The notes under the pieces: generated by a model
What the model saw: only the letters and a program-made list of their open reading frames with translations
The model's database searches: none
What the model was told of the DNA's origin: nothing
Source of the DNA: Conexivisphaerales archaeon
Lineage (GTDB): Archaea; Thermoproteota; Nitrososphaeria; Conexivisphaerales; DTJL01
NCBI GenBank assembly: GCA_035543015.1
Contig: DATKKG010000063.1
Coordinates: forward strand, 4,798 to 68,797
Length of the DNA stretch: 64,000 bases
Reading direction: 5' to 3'
Part shown: in pieces, positions 26,267 through 35,936 of the stretch
Layout: every line of letters begins with the position of its first letter
Position numbering within the stretch: position 1 is the first letter of the stretch
Translations under genes and position numbers: made by a program

Positions 26267-28099
26267 TTGACGGACCTTCGGTTCCCCTACGAGTCCCCCC
26301 GGCCCGGTCAGAAGGAAGTCTCAGAGGCCATCGAAGGCGCCGCCCTGAGGCGGCAGGACCTGGTCGTCGAGGCCCCCAATGGCTTCGGCAAGACCGCGGC
26401 GGCGCTCGCGGCGGTGGCCCGGCTCACCGGCAGCGAAGGATTCTCATGCGTCTACGCCGTGAGGACGAAGAGGGAGATGGAAAGGGTGCTCGCGGAGCTG
26501 ACGCGGTTCGCCGGAAGCCTTCGGGCCGCCCCCCTGATTTCGATGGCGGACGGCTGCCTTCTGAAGGACCTGGAAAGGTCTCCCATACCTCCTGAGGTCC
26601 TCCCCAACTACTGCAGGGGAAGCGTCCTGTCGGGGAGGTGCCACTACTACGATTCGACCCCCCGCCTCGGGAGGTTCGTTCCCCCGGCGACGGGCGGTGT
26701 CGAAGAGTTCCTTCGCCGCTGCTCTTCCCTGAGGGTCTGCCCCTACTTCCTCAGCAGGGACAAGGTCGCCGATGCGGACGTGGTCGTCACGACGTTCCCT
26801 CACCTGATCCACGAAGCCCTGAGGAGCCAGCTCCTAGGATCCGGGAAGGGCTGGAGGAAGGAGGTCGTGATATTCGACGAGGCCCACAACCTCCCGGAGA
26901 CCGTCTACACGTCGTCCGGGGGTGGCATCGGGCTGAAGGAGGCGGAGGCGTTGGCCGCACTGTCTGCAAGGGGAGGGAGGCGGGACGAACTGGGCTTCTG
27001 CGAGAAGCTCCTCCTCTGGATGAGATCTCTCGCAGTCGGAGAGGACGAACAGGTCGTCATGACCGCGGAGCAGATGATCGGCTCCTCAAGACTGGGAGTG
27101 GAGGTGGAGACCATGCTCGTGTCGGAGCAGAGGAGGTCCTCCCTGATGTTCGTTGCGGAGCCGTTGGACGCCGCGTTCATCCTCCGCCTGCGCCTCGTGG
27201 AACTGGCGTCCTCCCTGGCAAGGGCGATGGGGAGGAAGGACTCCATGGTCGTGGTCGGGGCGCATGGCGGAGACGTCCGAATGACCGTGCGGTTCCTCGA
27301 CGTCGGAGCCGAGTTCTCCGCCGTGACGAAGCCCTTCTGGAGTTCGATCTTCCTCTCCGCCACCTTCTTCGACTTCAGGAGCTTCGCCGCCTCCCTCGGC
27401 CTAAGGGGGGCCGGCTTCATGAGGATGGAGATGGATCCCCTGGAGAGGAGGTGCGTCACCGCGGTGGACCTCGGAGTGACCACCGAGTACAGGAAACGCG
27501 GAAGGGAGCAGTCCGCCGCCATAGCCGTGCGCCTCGCCAACCTGGGCATGGAGTCGAAGGGAAGCGTCGCGTGCTTCTTCCCCTCCTACCGGATGATGGA
27601 GGCGGTGGCCGCCGAGCTCCCCCAGGCTTGGAGGTCGGAGCTCATCCTCGAGTCGAAGTCGATGGAGCAGGAGGAGCAGGCCAGAGCGGTCGAGCGCCTG
27701 GCCGAGTCGAAGGGGGCGATGCTGCTGGGGGTCATGGGCGGCAAGTTCTCCGAGGGGGAGGACTTCGCTTCGGGCAGGCTGGCCTCGGTGGCCGTGGTGG
27801 GGCTACCTCTCCCCCCTCCGTCCGAGGAGCTCTCGGCAAGGATGGCGTTCGAAAGGCCCGCCGGCGGACCCTGGATCTACGACTCGCTGGTCATCGTCCC
27901 GGCCGTGGCCAAGGTGGTCCAGGCCGCGGGAAGGCTGTTCAGGAGGAAGGGGCAGGCGGGGCTTGTGGTCCTCATGGACCGGCGCTTTGGGAGGAGGCAT
28001 GTGGTCGAACTGTTCCCCACGTGGATGAAGGAGAGGCTCGTCCCAATCGACGCGGCGGACCGTTCCTCCTTGGCTGCCCTCCTGGCGGAGCTGGGATGA
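26267..28099 (+). CDS. xpd: XPD/Rad3-family 5'-3' DNA helicase with an Fe-S domain
   Basis: Motifs EAPNGFGKTAA and FDEAHNL. Cys cluster (ADGC, NYCRGS..GRCHYY, CPYF). C-terminal motif VQAAGRLFR. Confidence 0.85.
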   Translation: MTDLRFPYESPRPGQKEVSEAIEGAALRRQDLVVEAPNGFGKTAAALAAVARLTGSEGFSCVYAVRTKREMERVLAELTRFAGSLRAAPLISMADGCLLKDLERSPIPPEVLPNYCRGSVLSGRCHYYDSTPRLGRFVPPATGGVEEFLRRCSSLRVCPYFLSRDKVADADVVVTTFPHLIHEALRSQLLGSGKGWRKEVVIFDEAHNLPETVYTSSGGGIGLKEAEALAALSARGGRRDELGFCEKLLLWMRSLAVGEDEQVVMTAEQMIGSSRLGVEVETMLVSEQRRSSLMFVAEPLDAAFILRLRLVELASSLARAMGRKDSMVVVGAHGGDVRMTVRFLDVGAEFSAVTKPFWSSIFLSATFFDFRSFAASLGLRGAGFMRMEMDPLERRCVTAVDLGVTTEYRKRGREQSAAIAVRLANLGMESKGSVACFFPSYRMMEAVAAELPQAWRSELILESKSMEQEEQARAVERLAESKGAMLLGVMGGKFSEGEDFASGRLASVAVVGLPLPPPSEELSARMAFERPAGGPWIYDSLVIVPAVAKVVQAAGRLFRRKGQAGLVVLMDRRFGRRHVVELFPTWMKERLVPIDAADRSSLAALLAELG

Positions 28100-28160
28100 C
28101 GAAGGCGGCGCTAGCGACATCTCACTTTTAATATGGCGCCGGACGCCAACGAAGACGAAG

Positions 28161-28661
28161 TTGGGGGAGCTTAAACCCGCGGGGGCTCACCTCGTGATCG
28201 TCCCTCTTTCGGAGAGGCCCTACCTTCTTCGCCGCTGGGCCTCGGCCGTGGGCGAGTTCACCGCGCTGGACCTGGACTGCAGCCTGCCTCCCCTGTTCTC
28301 GTCCGATGACCTTGGGGAGTCCGAGATCTTCCTTGAGCCCGGCGACGTCCTCACTGCGGTCGAAGACGTCTTCGCCCTGCCGAAGCTGGCTGGGCCCCTT
28401 GTGGTGAATTCGCTCGGAACGCTCCAGGCGATTGCCAGGGCCTCGGGGGGCGAGCGCGACTGGAGCCGAAGGTTCTTCAAGTACCTGGTCTACCTCACCG
28501 TTGCCTGCAAGGCCAGGGCAGGCTCGTCACTGTTCCTGGTGAACGCCGCCAGGGAAGGGGGAGTGAAGGCTCTTCTCGGCGCGGGCTGGGTCAGACTGTG
28601 TTCAGGGTCCCTCGATGGGACGTGGATGCTCTCGGAAGACGGCCTTACCCGTGTACCTTGA
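28161..28661 (+). CDS. Hypothetical protein (166 aa)
   Basis: ORF 61 nt downstream of xpd, with a TTG start. No motif recognised and no P-loop. Confidence 0.4.
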   Translation: MGELKPAGAHLVIVPLSERPYLLRRWASAVGEFTALDLDCSLPPLFSSDDLGESEIFLEPGDVLTAVEDVFALPKLAGPLVVNSLGTLQAIARASGGERDWSRRFFKYLVYLTVACKARAGSSLFLVNAAREGGVKALLGAGWVRLCSGSLDGTWMLSEDGLTRVP

Positions 28662-29019
28662 AGTTGTACAGCGAGAAGAAGAGGAAGTAGCCCACCATAA
28701 GAAGGAGGATGCCCGTGATGAAAACCATGAAGGACTCGCGCCCAGCCTTCGAAGGCTGGCTGGACCTCATGAGCAAGAGCACGCCGCCCACGCCCATGGC
28801 GGAAGCGATGATGTAGGTCACCGTCTCGAGGATGCTCTGGGTCTGCAGCGACCGGGTGATCACCACCGACGCCGGGACGTTTGAGCCTTCGAGGAGGTAG
28901 TTGACGAGCCCTCCCGTCAAGAGGATCGCCGTGGCCACGACGACGTTCTCGAGGGTGAAGATCCGTTCGAGGATCCTCACGTACCGGTTCCTGCGGAGGC
29001 TGTCCAAGTCCAGGTTCAT
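28645..29019 (-). CDS. Hypothetical small membrane protein (about 3 TM segments)
   Basis: Three hydrophobic stretches, ATG start, positioned just downstream of the PCNA gene. Confidence 0.4.
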   Translation of the reverse strand: MNLDLDSLRRNRYVRILERIFTLENVVVATAILLTGGLVNYLLEGSNVPASVVITRSLQTQSILETVTYIIASAMGVGGVLLLMRSSQPSKAGRESFMVFITGILLLMVGYFLFFSLYNFKVHG

Positions 29020-29039
29020 GGGGCTAGACCTCGATCGCT

Positions 29040-29786
29040 TCAGTCGACCCTGGGTGCGAGATAAAACTGTATCGTAGCTCCTTGCTCGCTCAGGGGGAAC
29101 TCCATCTTGATGGGCATCTTGGCCGAGAAGCTGACGTTGACGGACTCCGCGTTGGAGACCGACTTCGCGAAGTTGCTGAGATACTCGATGCTGTAGGTCG
29201 ACTCCCCGCCCTCCTTGACTTCGAGCTGGAGGACGTCGGGGTTGTCCTTCTTCAGGGTGACCGACGCCTTGCCGACTTCGCTCTTCCCCATGAAGACGAG
29301 CTTGCCCTCCTCCGCCTTCAGCGTCATGTGGTCGGAGATGCTCTGGACGTCGGAGAGGACCTTCCTGAGTATCCTGGTCGTCAGCTTGCTCTGGATGTTG
29401 AAGTTGACCTTGGGCAGGGGGGTCTGGCTGTAGGTGGTCTCCACCAGGTGGACTTCAAACTCCCTTTCGTATCCGTTGAAAAGCTTGAACTCGAGCATAT
29501 TCTCCTCGCCGAGCCTGAGCTCGACCTTGTCCTTGCCCTCGGCCCTCCTCATCACCCTAAGCAGGTCTTCGACCCTCACCGTCAGGGTGTGGTTCTGGTC
29601 GCAGGCGTACTTCTCGAAGGAGGCGGCGGGCCACTTCAGGTCCACCAGGGCGATGTGGGATGGGTCCATCGCCCTGAGGTTGAGGCCCTCGGGCGTGGCT
29701 TCGAACGAAGCCTCTTCGATGAGGGTGGAGATGGCCTGAGACACTGACTTCCATTCCTCGGCCGATTGGCTGACGGCCTGTAGCAT
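29040..29786 (-). CDS. pcn: DNA polymerase sliding clamp PCNA
   Basis: 248 aa with the two-domain PCNA pattern (EASFEATPEGLNLRAMDPSHIALVDL..., YLAPRVD C-terminus). Confidence 0.85.
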   Translation of the reverse strand: MLQAVSQSAEEWKSVSQAISTLIEEASFEATPEGLNLRAMDPSHIALVDLKWPAASFEKYACDQNHTLTVRVEDLLRVMRRAEGKDKVELRLGEENMLEFKLFNGYEREFEVHLVETTYSQTPLPKVNFNIQSKLTTRILRKVLSDVQSISDHMTLKAEEGKLVFMGKSEVGKASVTLKKDNPDVLQLEVKEGGESTYSIEYLSNFAKSVSNAESVNVSFSAKMPIKMEFPLSEQGATIQFYLAPRVD

Positions 29787-30042
29787 ATCACTCCACCCTC
29801 CGCATTTCCAAACTAATTAACGTTCCCGACAACGAAAGAATGAGCCGCCCAGGCTTCTTAACGGCATCTGCCTGTGCCCTTCCGCAGAGGAACCCTTGGC
29901 GAAGGGCTTAAGGGCGTACCTCTTTGCGACAACCCCCATTTTGAAGGTGCTGAAGAGCGACGTCAGGTGCGCGACAGCGTAGAGCCGCCCGGTCGAATGC
30001 TATTTAAGCTGTGGCAGCGCCAATCCTCCGCAGAGCGAAGAC

Positions 30043-31239
30043 ATGTCTGCGCAGGGCGGTGAGGAGGGGAGAGGGGGAAACGGCAGGAACGAGGCCCACG
30101 ATCCCGCCCTGGAGTTCCTATCAAAGGCTTTCAGGTCGTACTACTTCCGCCATGTGGAGTCCGTCGAGATCCCCGAAGACATGAGGAGACGGGAGTTCGG
30201 ATACCTCAACTTCGAAGGTGCCATGGTGAGGCACCTGACGTTTCCGAACGAGGGTGAATTCAAGGCGATGATGGTGAGGGAGGCGCCACGGTCGGCCTAC
30301 TGCTCGGTGGCCTATTACGACTCTCCGGGGTTGGCCATGGAGGAAAAGGGGTACAGGAAGGCCGACCTTGCCTTCGACATAGATTCGGGCGACCTCAATC
30401 TCCCCTGCACCGAAAAGCACGACTTCTACATCTGCGGCTCGTGCGGGGAGCCCTTCAGGATCAAGGCCGACAAGTGTCCTCGCTGCGGCTCGTCCGACGT
30501 CGCGGCCGTCCACTTTGCCTGCGACAGATGCCTGGGGGCGGCCAAGGAGGAGGCCGTCAAGCTGGTGGACTTCCTCGAGCTGGACTTCGGGGTGGGGCCG
30601 GGGCAGACGGCGGTCTACTTCTCCGGGAACAGGGGTTTCCACGTCTCCGTGGTGGGGTCGAAGTATGAGACCGTCGACCAGCGCGGCCGCGCCGAAATGG
30701 TCGAATATGTGGAGGGAAAGGGCTTCGGGCTGAAACAGGTGGGCCTCCTCCCCAGGAGGACGGCCGAGGAGCTCGCTCCGAAGCTGCCCCTCGTCGGCGA
30801 GCGCGGTTGGAGAGGGAGGGTGGCCTCCGTCGTCTACGGTGTGGAGGGCTTGGGGTCGCAGGAGGCCCTCGCCCGGGCCTTCGTCGAACAGCCAGACAGG
30901 ATAGGCTCGCTCGTGACGAAGGCGATCGAGGAGGCGGGCGTCAAGTTGGACGAAGGCGTCACCATAGATACCCACAGGGTCTTCAGGATGGGCGGCACCC
31001 TTCACGACAAGTCGGGCCTTCTGAAGAAGAGGTACGCCAGCCTGGACGGCGCGAACCCCCTTGACGACGCCGTCGCCTTCGGCGGGGAGCCGGTGCGTGT
31101 GAACGTCAAGTATTCGCCGGAGTTCCGGCTCCTCGGGACCTCCTTCGGCCCGTATGAGAAGGAGAGCCTGGAGCTCCCCATGTACGCCGCCGTCTACCTG
31201 GCTGCGAAGGGCCTGGCCGTTCCGGGCCGGGGAAAGTGA
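30043..31239 (+). CDS. priS: DNA primase small (catalytic) subunit PriS with a zinc-knuckle insert
   Basis: Motifs LAFDIDSGD, CGSC..CPRCG and SGNRGFHVSV. Confidence 0.85.
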   Translation: MSAQGGEEGRGGNGRNEAHDPALEFLSKAFRSYYFRHVESVEIPEDMRRREFGYLNFEGAMVRHLTFPNEGEFKAMMVREAPRSAYCSVAYYDSPGLAMEEKGYRKADLAFDIDSGDLNLPCTEKHDFYICGSCGEPFRIKADKCPRCGSSDVAAVHFACDRCLGAAKEEAVKLVDFLELDFGVGPGQTAVYFSGNRGFHVSVVGSKYETVDQRGRAEMVEYVEGKGFGLKQVGLLPRRTAEELAPKLPLVGERGWRGRVASVVYGVEGLGSQEALARAFVEQPDRIGSLVTKAIEEAGVKLDEGVTIDTHRVFRMGGTLHDKSGLLKKRYASLDGANPLDDAVAFGGEPVRVNVKYSPEFRLLGTSFGPYEKESLELPMYAAVYLAAKGLAVPGRGK

Positions 31240-31273
31240 CCTGAACCAATGCTTTAATACGCTGCACCTGTAG

Positions 31274-31852
31274 ATGCCGGCGGCAATGAGCGAAGAACTG
31301 CTCTCGACGCTGCAGCAGAGCCTCGATATGGAGTTGACAAGCGAGGACCTATCGCGCGTCGACCCGGGCCTGTACAAGGCCGTCGCCATGAGGGTGAAGC
31401 AGATACGCGGTTTCATGGGCAACGGCGACTCTGATATGGTCAACGCCCTGCTCTCCCGGGAGATAGAGATGTTCTGCGGGATGTCCGACCAGCTCATGAC
31501 GATAAGGCTTCACAAGTTCCTGGACAAGGCGCTCCAGGGATCGAACGAGGTGTCGCTTACCGCCGAGGAGAGGTACCTTGTCGAACCCCTCTACACCAGC
31601 GTCAAGAGGCTGGGGAGGATCCGAGACGCGGTGGACAGGGGGCGGCTCTCCGTGCTGGAAGAGTCGTCGGACAGCTACCTAGTAAGGTATATAGTCGTGC
31701 GATTTCTACAGCCTGCGTCAAAGATGGCAGGTGTCGACTTGAAACAGTATGGACCCTACAAACCGGAAGACATCGCGGTCCTGCCGATGGAGAATGCGAA
31801 GCCCCTGCTCGAAAGGGGTGTGGTCGCTGAGACCTGGGTGAGCGAGCTTTGA
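31274..31852 (+). CDS. GINS subunit (Gins51/Gins15-type)
   Basis: Helical A-domain followed by a B-domain ending DIAVLPMENAKPLLERGVAE. It sits in the conserved position directly after priS. Confidence 0.6.
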   Translation: MPAAMSEELLSTLQQSLDMELTSEDLSRVDPGLYKAVAMRVKQIRGFMGNGDSDMVNALLSREIEMFCGMSDQLMTIRLHKFLDKALQGSNEVSLTAEERYLVEPLYTSVKRLGRIRDAVDRGRLSVLEESSDSYLVRYIVVRFLQPASKMAGVDLKQYGPYKPEDIAVLPMENAKPLLERGVVAETWVSEL

Positions 31853-32127
31853 AGTACCCGAAGACGGTCAACACGTTCTGTCCCAAGTGCAAGAAGCACA
31901 CCGACCACGCCGTATCGCTCTACAAGAAGGGGAAGGAGAGGGCGATGTCCAGGGGTGCGCGCAAGCACGCCGAGGAGAAGAAGGGATACGGCGGCCAGAA
32001 GTACCCCGAGCTGATCAGGACGGCCAAGACCACCAAGAAGGCGACGTTGAGGCTTAAGTGCAAGGAGTGCGGCTACACCGTCATGAAGAAGGGGATGCGG
32101 CTGAGAAAGCTGGAGATAATGGAGTGA
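31849..32127 (+). CDS. rpl44e: 50S ribosomal protein L44e (eL42)
   Basis: KYPKTVNTFCPKCKKHTDH...CKECG. TTG start overlapping the GINS stop. Confidence 0.9.
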   Translation: MKYPKTVNTFCPKCKKHTDHAVSLYKKGKERAMSRGARKHAEEKKGYGGQKYPELIRTAKTTKKATLRLKCKECGYTVMKKGMRLRKLEIME

Positions 32128-32134
32128 GAGGACG

Positions 32135-32335
32135 TTGGTCAGGAAAGAGAGGCAGCTGTTCGTAAGGCCCGGGAGCGCGTTCCTGCAGGTCAAGTGCGAG
32201 AAGTGCGGCACGGAGAAGGTCATCTTCTCCAACGCCACGGTCCCGATAAAGTGCGAAGTGTGCGGCGAGGTGTTGGCCGAGCCGTCAGGCGGAAGGACGA
32301 TCATCCACGGCGTGGTAACCCGCAGGCTGGACTGA
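32135..32335 (+). CDS. rps27e: 30S ribosomal protein S27e
   Basis: FLQVKCEKCG...KCEVCGEVLAEPSGG zinc ribbon. TTG start. Confidence 0.9.
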   Translation: MVRKERQLFVRPGSAFLQVKCEKCGTEKVIFSNATVPIKCEVCGEVLAEPSGGRTIIHGVVTRRLD

Positions 32336-32342
32336 GGGGCCT

Positions 32343-33119
32343 TTGCCCGGTCCGTACCTCCCCGACGTCGGCGAAGTCGTCATCGCATCGGTCGTGCAGC
32401 TGACCCCCTACGGCGCCTACGTCACTTTGGACGAATACAGCGCCCAGAGGGGGTTCCTCCACAATTCGGAGGTCACGACGGGCTGGGTCAGACATATCGA
32501 GCGGTTCGTTAAGGAGGACACCAAGATCGTGCTCAAGGTCATCAGGATCGACAGGCAGCGGAACGAAGTGGACCTCTCCCTTCGCCAGGTGACCAGCGAG
32601 GAGCACAAGGAGAAGCTCATCCAGGTCAAGAGGGAGGCGAAGGCCCGCGGGGTACTCGACATCGTCAAGAAGGAGCTCGGGCTCGCCAACGACGCGGAGA
32701 TAAGGTGGAAGCTTTCCGATGAGTTCGGCTCCCTCTACGATGCCTTGGAGGCGTGCGTGAAGAAGGGGCCGCCCGTGTTGGCCAGGCTGAACCTCGACCA
32801 GAAGTACGTAGAGGCGCTGATGCGCGTCGCCACCGAGAGGTTCAAGGTCCCCAGCGTCGAGATCAAGGGGATGTTCGAACTGAACTCGCTCAAGCCGGAT
32901 GGAGTATCCATCATCAAGGGGGCGTTCGCCAAGGCCGCCGCGGGGGTCCCCGGCGACGTCAAGGTTGAGGTCCTCTACGCGGGGGCGCCGCGGTACAACC
33001 TGAGGCTCTACGCCGAGAACTTCAAGGTGGGGGAGCGTGCCCTCACAGGCTTCGTCGAAGAAGTCAAGTCCGAAGTGGGCAACAGGGGAAGCGTCAACTT
33101 CATTCGCGAGAAGAGCTGA
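32343..33119 (+). CDS. eif2a: Translation initiation factor aIF2 alpha subunit
   Basis: N-terminal S1 domain (GEVVIASVVQLTPYGAYVTLDEY...GFLHNSEV), then the helical and alpha-beta domains. Confidence 0.9.
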   Translation: MPGPYLPDVGEVVIASVVQLTPYGAYVTLDEYSAQRGFLHNSEVTTGWVRHIERFVKEDTKIVLKVIRIDRQRNEVDLSLRQVTSEEHKEKLIQVKREAKARGVLDIVKKELGLANDAEIRWKLSDEFGSLYDALEACVKKGPPVLARLNLDQKYVEALMRVATERFKVPSVEIKGMFELNSLKPDGVSIIKGAFAKAAAGVPGDVKVEVLYAGAPRYNLRLYAENFKVGERALTGFVEEVKSEVGNRGSVNFIREKS

Positions 33120-33301
33120 TGCGCCGGATGAAAGGGATGATGCGGCGCTGCGAGAAGTGCGACTCCTATACGTTCAAGGAGATCTGCCCCAAGTGCGGCG
33201 GCAGGACGGTGCTCGCGCAGCCTCCGAAGTTCTCCCCTCAGGACAAGTACCTTAGGCTGAGGATGCAGGGATCGGCCAAGCAGGAAGCCGAGGAAAGCTA
33301 G
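33119..33301 (+). CDS. nop10: H/ACA RNP protein Nop10
   Basis: RRCEKCDSYTFKEICPKCGG....PPKFSPQDKY. The true start may be one of the ATGs at 33119-33140. Confidence 0.8.
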   Translation: MRRMKGMMRRCEKCDSYTFKEICPKCGGRTVLAQPPKFSPQDKYLRLRMQGSAKQEAEES

Positions 33302-33311
33302 GTCGCAGCCG

Positions 33312-35480
33312 TCACGGGTTTATCTTGTAGATCAGTACCTGGGCGAAGTAGCCGTTCGTATCTGGGCTGCCGGCCGATTTGAACACCAGCTCGAACGGGT
33401 GTGCGCCCGTCGGGAAGGTTATCTGGTACGTGTAGAAGGGCAGCTGCAGGATGGTCGAAGGCGCCGTTGTGTCGTAAGTCGGCGATATGGTGCTGATCTG
33501 CCCGGTCGAGCTGTCGATCTGGGCGTAGCCGGTGAAGTTGAATGGAAGGAGCTCACCCATCAGGGTCGAGTTCCAGAAGGTGTAGGTGGGCATGAGGGTG
33601 TTGGGGTCGAGCAGGGAATTCAGGTCGACGTTCCCGTAGGACTCGTTGGCGATCCTGGCCATCTGGTCGAACTTGCCGTCGTCGCCGCCCAGGGAGTACA
33701 CCCTGCCGAGTATGTAGTAGCCGTTGTTGAGGTTGCGACCCGTGGCGAAGACCACGACGTAGTCCCCTCCTATGTCTTCGGCTATCTTCAGGGCGTTCGT
33801 GCTGTTCGACATGTACATGTCCGCGACCTGGGCGATCCTTGTGGTGTTGAGGGTGCCGTTGTCCGTGAAGGTCGTGCGGTTGCCCATGACCGTGATCCAG
33901 TAACCGTAGTCCCACCACGAGATGATCTTCGCGTCGGGCGGGGTGTTGGTGTTGATCCAGGTCAGCGCCTGCTGCCAGTCGGGCACGTCCTCGGGCAGGA
34001 TCGTGGCCGATGAAGATATCTGCATGGGCCTGTTGGTGAACGGGTACCAGACCTCCACCGCAGGGAAGAATATCAGGAAGATCAGGGAGAAGGCGATTAT
34101 CGCCTTCCTCGCGTTTATGGTCGTGTCGGGCGACTTCCTCTTGGGGTCCGACTTCATCGCGATGTACCGGGAGGTCAGCTCGCTGAACATGTAACCTCCG
34201 GCCAGTGCGGCTGTGATGGAGAGGTACACGCCCAGCCTGGCGAACGAGGAAGCCACGTACAACGAGGAAAGGAACGCCAGGACGGCGAGGATGCCTCCTG
34301 CGGTCCTCTTCTTGATCATGTAGTAGCTGCCCGCTATGGCGAGCACCATTACTATCGAGTAGTAGTCGAGCAGCTCGATGCCGCTCACCGACTGGTGCTC
34401 GGCTACAGACTGGACGATGGCCGAGTTGGTGCCGACCGTCCTGTAGAACGGGTCGATGACCGAAAGGTACCTTGCCGAGATGTTGGGCGGGAGAAGGACG
34501 AAGACGGCGATGGCGAGGACCCCCATGCCCACAAGCGTCCCCCATTTGCCTATCACCTTGTCCTTGTCAGGGAGCCTCTTCCCAGCGTAGGTGATGAGAA
34601 GGCCGCCGAGGACGCCAAGGAGGAACACCACGTTGGCGGCGCTCCTGAACCAGTCTATGCCGGGGTTGGGGAAGATGCTGCCGACCACGATGTTGAAGAA
34701 GAGGATTATGAAGCCGGCATACGACTTCCTGAAGTCCACGGTCGTCAGAAGGGGGATCGCAATGAACATCAGGCCCAGGAGGCCGTTGAAGTACTGACCG
34801 CCTCCCCAGCTCACGTTGGCGTAGCCGAGCGTCAGGCCGGACAGGATGGACCACATCCACATCTTCCGGTTGGAAGTGGCCTCGTAGGCCTCGAGAGCGA
34901 AATAAAGCGCAAACACGCCGAGGAACAGGGCGAGAGGCTCGTGTTTGTACCAGCCCACGCTGGACCTGAGGAGGAAGCCCGGCGTCAGGATCGTAAAGAG
35001 CGCAGCGGCCACTCCGGCCCCTGTCCCCTTGATCTTGCGCCCGAGGAGGAACACGGGGATGATGATCAGGGTACCGAAGTAGGCCGGCTGGATGATCGTG
35101 TAGTCGAAAAGTGAGATGCTGATTCCTAGGACCCTCGTCAGGAACTCGTACAGCGTGGCAGTCGTATAGTAGAATCCGGCGAAGGTCTCCGTGGCCATGT
35201 TGTATCCGACGGGATACCAGAAGTGTTTGTCAACCACGCCGAAGAAGTTCAGGAACCCGGCGAGCCCCTTGGTGTTGACGTCGGTCACTATGATGTTCGT
35301 CGCGTAGTAGTGGAAGTAGGAGTCGAACTCGTCCAGGGTGTATCCGAACTGCGCAGGCTGCAGCCGGTAGATCATGGCTATTGCGAAGGTCAGGGCCATG
35401 GCCAGAAACGCAGCCATCTTAGTCGCTTTGATTGTAGGCCTGTGAATCAGGGTTCGCAGCCTGTCCACTGGGTTGTCCAA
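33312..35480 (-). CDS. aglB: Archaeal oligosaccharyltransferase AglB (STT3 family)
   Basis: Multi-TM N-terminal half and the WWDYGYWI motif. Confidence 0.85.
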   Translation of the reverse strand: MDNPVDRLRTLIHRPTIKATKMAAFLAMALTFAIAMIYRLQPAQFGYTLDEFDSYFHYYATNIIVTDVNTKGLAGFLNFFGVVDKHFWYPVGYNMATETFAGFYYTTATLYEFLTRVLGISISLFDYTIIQPAYFGTLIIIPVFLLGRKIKGTGAGVAAALFTILTPGFLLRSSVGWYKHEPLALFLGVFALYFALEAYEATSNRKMWMWSILSGLTLGYANVSWGGGQYFNGLLGLMFIAIPLLTTVDFRKSYAGFIILFFNIVVGSIFPNPGIDWFRSAANVVFLLGVLGGLLITYAGKRLPDKDKVIGKWGTLVGMGVLAIAVFVLLPPNISARYLSVIDPFYRTVGTNSAIVQSVAEHQSVSGIELLDYYSIVMVLAIAGSYYMIKKRTAGGILAVLAFLSSLYVASSFARLGVYLSITAALAGGYMFSELTSRYIAMKSDPKRKSPDTTINARKAIIAFSLIFLIFFPAVEVWYPFTNRPMQISSSATILPEDVPDWQQALTWINTNTPPDAKIISWWDYGYWITVMGNRTTFTDNGTLNTTRIAQVADMYMSNSTNALKIAEDIGGDYVVVFATGRNLNNGYYILGRVYSLGGDDGKFDQMARIANESYGNVDLNSLLDPNTLMPTYTFWNSTLMGELLPFNFTGYAQIDSSTGQISTISPTYDTTAPSTILQLPFYTYQITFPTGAHPFELVFKSAGSPDTNGYFAQVLIYKINP

Positions 35481-35516
35481 ACTGGCTTCTCCTCACCTAG
35501 CCATGATAAGGGGATA

Positions 35517-35936
35517 TTAACCTTCTTGAGCTGCCAGCCTCTCGACAAGCGCGGCATACGCCGAGGGGGAGAGGAGGTCTTTCTTCGCAGAGTCGAAGGA
35601 GGCCACCTCCATCTTGAAGAACCAGCCCTTCCCGTAGGGGTCCTGGTTGATCATCTCAGGATGCTGGACCAATTCCTCGTTCACGGAGGTCACCCTGCCG
35701 CCGACGGGGGCCATCACGTCTGAAACCGACTTGACGGATTCCACGGTGGAGGCGGGCTTGCCAGCCTCCAGAGAAGAGCCGGCCTGGGGGAGGGTCACGA
35801 AGACGATGTCGTGGAGCATGTCCGCGGCATAGTGCGTGATGCCCACTTCGGCCTCCTGCGATCCAACGGCCCTTAGCCATTCGTGCTCCTTCGTGTAGAA
35901 AAGGTCCTCCGGGATGACGTATTTCCCTGCTTTCAA
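35517..35936 (-). CDS. gcvH: Glycine cleavage system H protein
   Basis: YTKEHEWL and the lipoyl-lysine region VESVKSVSDVMAPV. Confidence 0.85.
   Translation of the reverse strand: MKAGKYVIPEDLFYTKEHEWLRAVGSQEAEVGITHYAADMLHDIVFVTLPQAGSSLEAGKPASTVESVKSVSDVMAPVGGRVTSVNEELVQHPEMINQDPYGKGWFFKMEVASFDSAKKDLLSPSAYAALVERLAAQEG

Noticed and set aside
29787-30042. The 256-bp divergent PCNA/priS intergenic region, considered as a possible replication origin.
   Set aside because: I found no repeated ORB-like elements, no extended AT-rich unwinding region and no adjacent orc1/cdc6 gene. Only one A/T box per gene is visible.
30121-31497. A 458-aa ORF antisense to priS. Similar long antisense or overlapping ORFs occur at 47440-48711, 18169-19323, 54355-55458, 59836-60984 and 8385-9143.
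   Set aside because: These ORFs are Arg/Pro/Gly/His-rich and of low complexity. They have no recognisable motifs. Each lies opposite a gene with clear family signatures. This is the expected stop-codon-poor antisense frame of a genome with about 63% G+C.
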